A DNA stretch of 64,000 nucleotides from Bacteroidales bacterium. GTDB taxonomy: Bacteria; Bacteroidota; Bacteroidia; Bacteroidales; UBA12077. This document shows, piece by piece, positions 50,007-58,138 of the stretch. The stretch spans positions 137 through 64,136 of the forward strand of contig JAGXLL010000007.1 of NCBI GenBank assembly GCA_018334675.1, read 5' to 3'. The position numbers and the translations under genes were made by a program. Numbering within the stretch: the first letter of the stretch is position 1; every line of letters starts with the position of its first letter. Under the pieces are notes generated by a model that was not told where the DNA came from, searched no databases, and saw nothing but the letters and a program-made list of their open reading frames with translations.

Positions 50007-50471
50007 GGGTGTTACTTCGAAGATCACTTTCACGTCATTGTAGCTGTCAAAGCTGTTGAGCTTTCCCATCACTTCTTCATGCCGGGGAATAAGTGAATCG
50101 TTGACCCTCGTTTTGATCTTTGCAAAAGCAGCCTGGTTTTCCTGACCCCAGCCGGGAGCCACCTTCTCTAACCGGCCGATGACTGAGGGGAAAACAGAAT
50201 CATGAAGCCTCCTTAATCTTAATTTGTCGGGGGTTCCACTCTGTTTGTCTATGTATACCCAGTTTTTAATTAGCATTTTGCTGTCAACCACTACTTGTCT
50301 CAGTGTTGTAAGATTATTGGTCGAAGGGGTATACAGCCGCGTGATGGATTCATTTAATATTTTGTTTTCCAGTGAAGTATGGATCATGATGAAGGAGTTC
50401 ACCAAAAATGCAAGGAATACGACGCCAAAGCCAACGGCGAGCTTGCGTCCTATAGAGAATCTTTTTTTCAT
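49782..50471 (-). pseudogene. N-terminal fragment of a membrane sensor-like protein; the ORF then reads antisense into pepP
   Basis: The first ~155 aa (50471..50007) have a TM anchor LAVGFGVVFLAFLVNSFIMI and a helical sensor-like ectodomain. The last ~75 codons (50006..49782) lie antisense to the conserved C-terminus of pepP. No kinase, HAMP or MCP output domain follows. Confidence 0.4.
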
Positions 50472-50639
50472 TAGGTGGATATCTTTGGTTTAAGGGATTT
50501 GCAGACAAATATCCTTATAATGTTGATATTATTATTTGTGTTGGTTATGAGAGTTATTAGCCGCCCAGTTGATATAGATCACCTCTCCGTTTGAAACTAT
50601 TTTGGGCATTATCGTGATCCGGCAACAAAAACCCGCATC

Positions 50640-50770
50640 AGCCGATGAGATATCGGCATTGGACCGTCGTTCCGGACCGAAACTCTGATCTAAGATGCTG
50701 CGGAAGCTATCAGCGAATGGAAGCCGGATATGGCCCCGCAGGCAATGGTGATGAAAAGGAATGGCCATAT
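50640..50770 (-). pseudogene. cstA: Carbon starvation protein CstA remnant (frameshifted, about 40 aa recognisable)
   Basis: The minus strand of 50767..50701 translates to [22 protein letters not shown], the CstA signature as I recall it. SGTT..RYLIG follows in a different frame (50676..50641). Stops and frameshifts lie on both sides. Confidence 0.5.
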
Positions 50771-51151
50771 AACCTGTGCATCGCTATATAGCCCACTGCA
50801 GCGGCAATCATGATCATTAGCACATCTATGGCTCCAGATGTTCCAGAATATCTTTCCTGGTTATCGGCTTATCCTCCTTTAGCCATTAATCGGGCAAATA
50901 CTGGCTTTGACGACCCCCCCCTATATCTCTTAACGGGTTAATTTCCCAGGGATAAATATTGCTCAACCCATCTTCAGGGATGTCTTCGGTCTGCATATCT
51001 GTTCAATGGATGGTGCGGTCATCTGTCCCTTCAATTTATTTTGAGTCTATATTGGTCGCAGTGGGGAATGACATGGTTGCTTATCTTTGCCGGTCCTGTC
51101 TGCTGAAAGGGTCGGGCCGGTTGAAAAGTTTTAATTTTCTCATCTTATTTA

Positions 51152-51159
51152 TATATTTG
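51152..51159 (+). promoter_or_regulatory. Candidate -7 box (TATATTTG) upstream of etfB
   Basis: Exact TAnnTTTG 96 nt upstream of the etfB ATG. The -33 position reads TTTT(a) after a 19-nt spacer. Confidence 0.3.
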
Positions 51160-51255
51160 CTAACCTTAATAAAGATAGATACCCCAATATAAATCATTTA
51201 TAATCATAGATTATTTCAGATAAGAACGGATTATTAACTTAAATCGATTTGGTCA

Positions 51256-52005
51256 ATGAAAATCCTAGTTTGTATAAGTAATGTGCCGGATACAACAACA
51301 AAGGTGCGTTTTGTCGATGACAACACCCGGTTGGATACCAACGGCATACAATGGGTCATCAATCCATGGGACGAGCTGGCACTGACCCGTGCCTTGCAAT
51401 TGAAGGAAGATAAGAACAATGCGGTGGAATCGGTGACTGTGGTTCATGTGGGAGGCAAGGGATCCGAGCCCACCATCCGCAAAGCCCTGGCTATTGGAGC
51501 CGATGATGCCATCCGTGTCAATGCCGAACCCCAAGATGCCTGGTTTGTGGCCTCCCAGTTGGCCGAGGTCGTTCAGCAAAATGAATTTGATATCATCTTT
51601 GCCGGTATTGAATCAAGTGACTACAATGGTGCTGCAGTAGGGGGCATGCTCTCCGAGCTGCTGGGTGTGCCTTCCATTTCGGCCGTATCATCCATGGATC
51701 TGGAGAACGACCAGGTGAAGATCATCCGTGATATTGACGGAGGCAAGGAGCAGATGACTTCCCAACTGCCCCTGGTGGTGATAGCTCAGAAAGGCATTGC
51801 CATTGAACCCCGGATAGCCAATATGCGGGGTATTATGATGGCCCGCAAGAAACCTCTGAATGTGGTCGAACCGGTCGAGAAAGATACCCTCGTTGAATTT
51901 GTCGATTATGAATTGCCACAGGCCAAACCGCCCTGCAAGATGATCGATCCGGAGAATGTACAGGAATTGGTCGATCTGTTGCAAAACGAGGCCAAAGTCA
52001 TTTAA
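51256..52005 (+). CDS. etfB: Electron transfer flavoprotein subunit beta
   Basis: 249 aa: MKILVCISNVPDTTTKVRF..NPWDELALTRAL.LKE. Confidence 0.93.
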   Translation: MKILVCISNVPDTTTKVRFVDDNTRLDTNGIQWVINPWDELALTRALQLKEDKNNAVESVTVVHVGGKGSEPTIRKALAIGADDAIRVNAEPQDAWFVASQLAEVVQQNEFDIIFAGIESSDYNGAAVGGMLSELLGVPSISAVSSMDLENDQVKIIRDIDGGKEQMTSQLPLVVIAQKGIAIEPRIANMRGIMMARKKPLNVVEPVEKDTLVEFVDYELPQAKPPCKMIDPENVQELVDLLQNEAKVI

Positions 52006-52053
52006 TATCGCTTCTATTCATCCATTCAATCAGGAATTCATAAAACAAAGAAA

Positions 52054-53022
52054 ATGGCAATATTAGTATATACAGAACATTGGGACGGTCAATTCAAGAA
52101 ATCCACCTTTGAGTTGGTTTCTTACGCCAGCAAACTGGCAGAGGCGGCCAATACGCAAACCGTGGCCCTGTCGATCGGTGAAGTGGAAGAGGACAACCTT
52201 CGTCAACTCGCCGACTATGGTGCCGACAAGATCATTTCAGTCAACCAGCAGAACCTTAAATACGTCGACAACCAGGCCTATAGTTCCGTTATTCAGCAGG
52301 TGGCAGATCAGGAAGAGGCCGATATTTTGGTGCTGGCCCACAACAACACGGGTAAGGCTCTGGCGCCGCGTTTGTCGGTCAGGCTTCAGGCAGCCCTGGG
52401 CTCAGAGGTCAACCAGCTGCCCGCCAGCCTGGATCCTTTTATGGTTAACAAAAAGGTCTTTTCCGGCAAGGCATTTGCCAATGTAAAGCTTAAAACCGAT
52501 CGCAAGATCCTTACCCTGGCTCAGAACTCCTTTGGTATCTATGAGAACACCCAGGAGCCGGTAATAGAAAAATTTGAACCCACCCTTTCCGATGATCAAT
52601 TGCAGACCCAGGTGGCAGAAGTGGAAAAACACCGCGATAAGCTGCTTCTGACAGATGCCGAGCTGGTGGTATCAGGTGGCCGCGGAATGAAGACCCCGGA
52701 GAACTGGGATAAGCTCAAGGCCCTGGCCGATGAGCTGGGCGCTGCTCTGGCCTGTTCCCGCCCCGTGTCGGATGAAGGATGGCGGCCTCACGAAGAGCAT
52801 ACCGGCCAAACCGGTAAGATCATAGCACCCGACCTTTATATTGCGGCCGGTATATCCGGAGCCATACAGCATATCGCAGGGGTGAGCGCCGCCAAATACA
52901 TCGTGGCCATCAATACCGACCAGGATGCCCCCATCTTTGATGTGGCCGATTATGGCATCGTCGGCGATGCCATGAAGGTGCTTCCCGAACTGACAGAAGC
53001 CTTTAGAAAAGCAAGATCCTGA
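52054..53022 (+). CDS. etfA: Electron transfer flavoprotein subunit alpha
   Basis: 322 aa. C-terminal FAD-binding signature VVSGGRGM.., QTGKIIAPDLYIAAGISGAIQHIAG, IVAINTDQDAPIF..ADYGIVGD. Confidence 0.93.
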   Translation: MAILVYTEHWDGQFKKSTFELVSYASKLAEAANTQTVALSIGEVEEDNLRQLADYGADKIISVNQQNLKYVDNQAYSSVIQQVADQEEADILVLAHNNTGKALAPRLSVRLQAALGSEVNQLPASLDPFMVNKKVFSGKAFANVKLKTDRKILTLAQNSFGIYENTQEPVIEKFEPTLSDDQLQTQVAEVEKHRDKLLLTDAELVVSGGRGMKTPENWDKLKALADELGAALACSRPVSDEGWRPHEEHTGQTGKIIAPDLYIAAGISGAIQHIAGVSAAKYIVAINTDQDAPIFDVADYGIVGDAMKVLPELTEAFRKARS

Positions 53023-53081
53023 ATCATCTAATTATACGGCAGCAGGTCTTCCACCTGTTGCCTTTTTAAATTTACACCCCT

Positions 53082-54401
53082 ATGGTCAAACAAATTGTTT
53101 TCATCCTTGCCTTGCTGGTTACCCTGGGCGTTTTTACCTATACTTTCTTCCGGGTGCTTGCCTATTTTAAGCTGACCCGGCAGGATTACCCCATCCGGCA
53201 TTTGGGCAAACGCTTCAGTCAGATGATGAAGGTAGCCATCGGACAGACCAAGATTTTCCGCAGGCCCGTAATCGGTTTATTACATGCCCTGGTCTTCTGG
53301 GGTTTTCTGGTGATTCTGATTGGCAGCATCGAGATGGTGGTCGATGGTATTTTGGGCACCGAAAGGGCTTTCAGGGCCCTTGGAGTAGTCTATGATGTGA
53401 TCATCGGTGCCGGCGATGTCTTCGCCCTGATCATTGCCGTGGCCATCCTGGTTTTCCTGTTCAGGCGCCTGTTCCTGCATGTGAAAAGATTTACCGGCAT
53501 CGAGATGGATCATAAAAAACATGTGGATGCCAACATAGCACTGACGCTGATCCTGATCCTGATGGTATCGCTGCTGGGCATGAATGCTTTTTATGTTCAG
53601 CATGCAGCTGCGGTGGGTCATGAGATACACGGAGCTTTCCCGGTAAGCCGGTTTATTGCTCCCTGGTTTGCCTCCCTGTCGGCCGATCAGCTTTACCTGT
53701 ACCATGAGATCAACTGGTGGGTCCATATCCTGGTGATCTTCTTCTTTGCCAACTATCTGCCTTATTCCAAGCACTTCCATGTATACCTCTCGGTACCCAA
53801 TGTTTTCCTCAGCCGGCTCGATCCATTGGGAAAACTTTACACCATGGAAAATGTGAAGAAAGAAGTGCAGATGATGATGGATCCCAATGCCGCTTTCGAG
53901 GAGCCGGCCGGGGAAGAAGAGGTGGAGCGTTTTGGTGTTAAGGATGTGGAAGATGTGTCGTGGAAGACGTATTTCGATTCCCTGGCTTGTACCCAATGCG
54001 GAAGATGTACCGCTGTTTGCCCGGCCAATATCACCGGTAAGAAGCTTTCGCCGCGTAAGGTCATCATGGATGTGCGCGAACGGATGAAAGAGAAAGGACC
54101 ACAGATGATCAAGCAGGGTAAGGATTACTCCGACAACAAAGCCATGCTGCGGGATCACATCACCGAAGAAGAGCTGTGGGCATGTACGCTTTGCAACGCC
54201 TGTGCCGAGGAATGCCCCATCAACATCAACCATCCCTCGCTTATCGTGGAGATGCGCCGGTACCTGGTTATGGAAGAGTCATCCGGCCCGGGCGACCTGA
54301 ATGCCATCTTCACCAACATAGAGAACAATGGAGCCCCCTGGCAATATTCTCAGGAAGACAGGATGCAATGGGCCGAAGAGCTCTATATCAACGAATCATG
54401 A
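53082..54401 (+). CDS. Membrane-integral Fe-S oxidoreductase: NarI/HdrE-like multi-TM domain fused to an HdrC-like 2x[4Fe-4S] domain
   Basis: 439 aa. About 5-6 TM helices with conserved His (LLHALVFWGF, HILVIFFFANYLPYSKHFH). Then CTQCGRCTAVCP and CTLCNACAEECP ferredoxin motifs. Confidence 0.85.
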   Translation: MVKQIVFILALLVTLGVFTYTFFRVLAYFKLTRQDYPIRHLGKRFSQMMKVAIGQTKIFRRPVIGLLHALVFWGFLVILIGSIEMVVDGILGTERAFRALGVVYDVIIGAGDVFALIIAVAILVFLFRRLFLHVKRFTGIEMDHKKHVDANIALTLILILMVSLLGMNAFYVQHAAAVGHEIHGAFPVSRFIAPWFASLSADQLYLYHEINWWVHILVIFFFANYLPYSKHFHVYLSVPNVFLSRLDPLGKLYTMENVKKEVQMMMDPNAAFEEPAGEEEVERFGVKDVEDVSWKTYFDSLACTQCGRCTAVCPANITGKKLSPRKVIMDVRERMKEKGPQMIKQGKDYSDNKAMLRDHITEEELWACTLCNACAEECPININHPSLIVEMRRYLVMEESSGPGDLNAIFTNIENNGAPWQYSQEDRMQWAEELYINES

Positions 54402-54425
54402 TGCTTTCATTATAAATAACACATT

Positions 54426-55217
54426 ATGTCCAAACGCAAGATAGAAGTACCGCTGATGTCGGATCTCCATGCCCGGGGGGAGCAACCCGAATACCTGGTA
54501 TGGATCGGCAGCGCCGGGGCCTATGATGACCGCTATAAGAAGGTATCCCGGTCGCTGATCAAGGTGTTGACCTACCTGAACATCAGCTATGCCGTGCTGG
54601 GCGTCGAGGAGTCATCCAGCGGCGATGTGGCCCGCCGGGCCGGCAATGAGATGCTGTTTCAGATGCAGGCCATGACCAACGTGGAGATCCTCAATGGTTA
54701 CGGCGTTAAAAAGATCCTTACCGCCGATCCCCATGCCTACAATACTTTCAAGAACGAATATCCCGATTTTGGAGGCCACTATGAGGTATGGCACCACAGC
54801 CAGTTTTTCCACAAGCTGATCCGCGAGGGTACGCTGCACATGAACAGCGATGTCTTTAAAGACAAGATCCTTACTTTTCATGACCCGTGTTACCTGGGCC
54901 GGGCCAACGGTGAATATGATGCCCCACGGGATGTGATTAAAGCCACTCCCGCTGAGTTCAAAGAAATGCCCCGCCATAAAAGCTTTGCCTTATGCTGTGG
55001 AGCTGGTGGCGGACAGATGTTCAAGGAAGCAGAGGCCGGAGACAGGGAAGTATTTATTGAACGTACCGAAGAGGCCCTGGGAACGGGCGCCGAAGTGATC
55101 GCAACAGCCTGTCCCTACTGCATGGTGATGATCACCGACGGGCTCAAATATAAGGACCGCGAAGAGGTCAAAAATCTGGATATAGCTGAAATCATTGAAC
55201 AATCGCTTGAATTATAA
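54426..55217 (+). CDS. HdrB/GlpC-like CCG-domain protein (first CCG domain cysteine-less, second intact)
   Basis: 263 aa. The second half has HDPCYLGR ... ALCCGAGGG ... ACPYCMVM (CX..CCG..CxxC). The equivalent first-half positions read WIGSAGAY ... ESSSGD ... ADPHAYNT. Confidence 0.85.
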   Translation: MSKRKIEVPLMSDLHARGEQPEYLVWIGSAGAYDDRYKKVSRSLIKVLTYLNISYAVLGVEESSSGDVARRAGNEMLFQMQAMTNVEILNGYGVKKILTADPHAYNTFKNEYPDFGGHYEVWHHSQFFHKLIREGTLHMNSDVFKDKILTFHDPCYLGRANGEYDAPRDVIKATPAEFKEMPRHKSFALCCGAGGGQMFKEAEAGDREVFIERTEEALGTGAEVIATACPYCMVMITDGLKYKDREEVKNLDIAEIIEQSLEL

Positions 55218-55234
55218 TCAAAACCCAAGACAAA

Positions 55235-57019
55235 ATGGAAAAAGAATTGAACATAAAAGGATGTGAATTCCTGACCAAATCAACGGATGCCAACGAGATA
55301 TTCATCCCGGAAGAATTTGATGAAGAACAAACGATGATCGCCCAAACTTGCGGGGATTTTCTCGAGACGGAGGTTTTCTGCAACCTTGACCGGATCGATA
55401 ATAAGGAACAGGGTTTGATGCGCCAGATTCTGGAGAAATCCGGCGAGCTGGGCCTGCTGGGTATTTCACTACCCGAGGAATATGGCGGCTTTGGACAGAA
55501 TTTCCTGACTTCCATGTACGCCAATGAGGTGCTGGGTGCCGGCTATTCTTTCTCAGTAGCCTATTCAGCTCACACAGGCATCGGTACCCTGCCGATCGCC
55601 TACTATGGCAACGAACAGCAAAGAGAAAAATACCTTCCCGGGCTGGCCTCCGGTGAAGCGATGGCTGCTTTTTGCCTGACTGAGCCCGGTGCAGGCTCCG
55701 ATGCCAATGCCGGCAAGACCAAGGCCGTGCTTTCGGAAGATGAAACACATTACATCCTCAACGGCCAGAAGATGTGGATCACCAATGGTGGTTTTGCCGA
55801 TGTACAGGTCGTATTTGCCAAGGTCGGCGCCGACCGCATCCTCAGTGCCTTCATTGTCGACGGCGATTCTCCCGGCATCGAGATCAATCCCGAGGAGGAG
55901 AAAATGGGTATCAAGGGTTCTTCTACCGTTCAGATCTTCTACAACGATGTGAAGGTACCCGCCGAGAATCTGCTGGGCCGCAGGGGAGAAGGCTTCCGCA
56001 TTGCTTTGTATACCCTTCATATGGGCCGTATCAAGCTGGGTGGCAACGTCATCGGTGCTGCCAAGCGGGCCATCAGCCAGTCGGTTAATTATGCCAATGA
56101 ACGCAAACAGTTTGGCAACCTGATCTCCAACTTCGGATCCATCAAATACAAGCTGGGTGAACAGGTGATCCGTAACTTCGCCAATGAATCGGCCGTTTAT
56201 CGCGCCAGCAAGAATGTCGACGAGGCCATCGAAGCCTTTCAGCAAGATGGAATGGATTATGGCAAGAGCCATATGGAGGCTTTTGTTCAGTATGAAGCCG
56301 AAGCGGCCCTGCTGAAGGTATATGGTTCCGAGATGCTCGACTATGTGGTCGATGAGATGGTTCAGATCATGGGTGGCATGGGTTTCTCATCCGAGATGCC
56401 GGCCGACCGGGCCTACCGCGACTCAAGAATTAACCGCATCTTCGAGGGTACCAACGAGATCAACCGCATCTGGGTGGCCGATACCGTGGTTAAACGCGGA
56501 CACAAGCACAAGATCGAATTGTTCGAGCGCGCCAAACAGGTGATGCAGGAAGTGGAGAAAGGTGAGGCGCAGAACAAGCCCTCCGGCGACTATTTTGAGG
56601 ATAAGACCCGGCTGGTGGAAAACTTCAAGAAAGTAGCATTGATGCTGGTAGAAGCCGCTTCCAATAAGCTCGGAAGGAAGATGTCGCATGAACAGGAGAT
56701 CCTTATGAACCTTTCCGATATCGTGATGCTGATCTATGTGGCTGAGTCCTCTGTGCTGCGCGTCAAAAAACGTGAAGACATCAATGCTCAGGGCGAGGCA
56801 AGCCTCTATCGTGATATGCTGGATGTATTGATGATCGACTCGGCTGATCAGATCCGCAAATGCGCCATCGATGCCATCTATTCACTCGACTCCGAGGAGA
56901 ATGAAGAGAAATACCGCAAAGGCATCGAATATTTTACCGATGTGAAGCGCATCAACGTGAAAGAAGCCCGCAGAAGGATCGCCGATAAACTCATCGAGGA
57001 AAACCGGTATTGCTTCTAA
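55235..57019 (+). CDS. Acyl-CoA dehydrogenase (long form with C-terminal extension)
   Basis: 594 aa. FCLTEPGAGSDA, KMWITNGG, GMGFSSEMPADRAYRDSRINRIFEGTNEI (catalytic Glu region). Extra ~170-aa helical C-terminal domain. Confidence 0.92.
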   Translation: MEKELNIKGCEFLTKSTDANEIFIPEEFDEEQTMIAQTCGDFLETEVFCNLDRIDNKEQGLMRQILEKSGELGLLGISLPEEYGGFGQNFLTSMYANEVLGAGYSFSVAYSAHTGIGTLPIAYYGNEQQREKYLPGLASGEAMAAFCLTEPGAGSDANAGKTKAVLSEDETHYILNGQKMWITNGGFADVQVVFAKVGADRILSAFIVDGDSPGIEINPEEEKMGIKGSSTVQIFYNDVKVPAENLLGRRGEGFRIALYTLHMGRIKLGGNVIGAAKRAISQSVNYANERKQFGNLISNFGSIKYKLGEQVIRNFANESAVYRASKNVDEAIEAFQQDGMDYGKSHMEAFVQYEAEAALLKVYGSEMLDYVVDEMVQIMGGMGFSSEMPADRAYRDSRINRIFEGTNEINRIWVADTVVKRGHKHKIELFERAKQVMQEVEKGEAQNKPSGDYFEDKTRLVENFKKVALMLVEAASNKLGRKMSHEQEILMNLSDIVMLIYVAESSVLRVKKREDINAQGEASLYRDMLDVLMIDSADQIRKCAIDAIYSLDSEENEEKYRKGIEYFTDVKRINVKEARRRIADKLIEENRYCF

Positions 57020-57058
57020 ATTTTTAGGCTTTATAGACAATATCTTTAATAGTCGACT

Positions 57059-57090
57059 AAAACCCTGCATCGGACTCGATGCAGGGTTTT
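57059..57090. terminator. Bidirectional terminator between acyl-CoA dehydrogenase and ftsE
   Basis: AAAACCCTGCATCG-gact-CGATGCAGGGTTTT. Perfect 14-bp stem including the A/T tracts. Confidence 0.8.
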
Positions 57091-57190
57091 AATTATGCTA
57101 ATGATCTGATTTTATATATGTAAGCTTTTACAAGATCTATCCTTTAACTTCTTCCAGTCCTCAGGGTTCAACCTGTAACTGCTTATGTCA

Positions 57191-57240
57191 AACCTTCCAC
57201 CTTCTAACCTTCCACCTTCAAACGTTCTAACGTTCAACCT
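57191..57240. repeat. Short tandem repeats just downstream of ftsE
   Basis: AACCTTCCACCTTC(T/A) x2 (57191-57220), then AACGTTC(T/A) x2 (57221-57236). Strongly strand-asymmetric: purine-rich on the ftsE strand. Confidence 0.8.
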
Positions 57241-57244
57241 AATT

Positions 57245-57949
57245 TCATGTCAACAATGAATCCAAATCGATCTCTTCGGCTTTGCCGGTGTCTTCAATAC
57301 GGCTGCCTTCGAATTTGAAGGTACGGGCCTCAAATTTTTTCACCAGTTCATAGGCATGGGTCGCCATGACGATGGTCTTGCCCTGGGCGTGGATCTCCCT
57401 TAACAGCTTCAGCAGGTCTTCGGCCGTTTCAGGATCGAGGTTGCCGGTAGGCTCATCGGCCAGGATGATGGGGGGATCATTCAGCAGGGCCCGGGCGATC
57501 ACTACACGCTGTTGCTCACCCCCCGAGAGCTGATGGGGCATCTTGTAACCTTTGTAGGTGAGCTCTACCCGCTCAAGCACTTCTTCGATCCGTTTTTGCA
57601 GCTCTTTTTTATCCTTCCAGCCAGTGGCTTTCAGAACAAACTGTAGATTCTCGAATACGGTGCGATCCGTGAGCAACCTGAAATCCTGGAACACGATCCC
57701 CAGGTTTCTTCTTAGATGCGGTATGTGACGTTTCTTGAGTTTCTTCAGATTATAATCCAGCACATATCCTTCCCCCTCCTTTAAAGGTATCTCCGCATTG
57801 ATCACCTTGATCAGGGTGGTCTTTCCGCTGCCCACCCGACCTACGAAATAGACAAATTCATGTTCGTCAATCGTCAGATCAATATTTTTAAGGATGAGGT
57901 TTTCGTTCTGGTAAATATTGGCGTTTTCAAAATGAATAACGTGGCCCAT
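57245..57949 (-). CDS. ftsE: Cell division ATP-binding protein FtsE (ABC ATPase)
   Basis: 234 aa. Walker [10 protein letters not shown], signature [15 protein letters not shown], Walker [12 protein letters not shown]. No permease gene adjacent. Confidence 0.85.
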   Translation of the reverse strand: MGHVIHFENANIYQNENLILKNIDLTIDEHEFVYFVGRVGSGKTTLIKVINAEIPLKEGEGYVLDYNLKKLKKRHIPHLRRNLGIVFQDFRLLTDRTVFENLQFVLKATGWKDKKELQKRIEEVLERVELTYKGYKMPHQLSGGEQQRVVIARALLNDPPIILADEPTGNLDPETAEDLLKLLREIHAQGKTIVMATHAYELVKKFEARTFKFEGSRIEDTGKAEEIDLDSLLT

Positions 57950-58138
57950 AGGAGTGCGATGGTTTTGGTTGACTCTGGCAAGTTATTTGTAATGGTATAG
58001 ACTATCTCGACAAATGTAGAGAAAAAATAAAATAATAAGGGAAATTAACAGTTAAATGTTAATTAAAAGGATGTGGTCCACCCATATCTTTGCTGGATTT
58101 GTTATAAATTTATCCGAAATTCAACTTACAGACCATCT

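Noticed and set aside
50532-51192. ORFs 50532..50768(-) and 50959..51192(+).
   Set aside because: The first is an out-of-frame read across the CstA remnant. The second has no motifs and lies in the decayed spacer. Neither looks like a real gene.
57191-57240. CRISPR-like array.
   Set aside because: The repeats are 8-15 nt, directly abutting with no spacers. No cas genes occur anywhere in the window.
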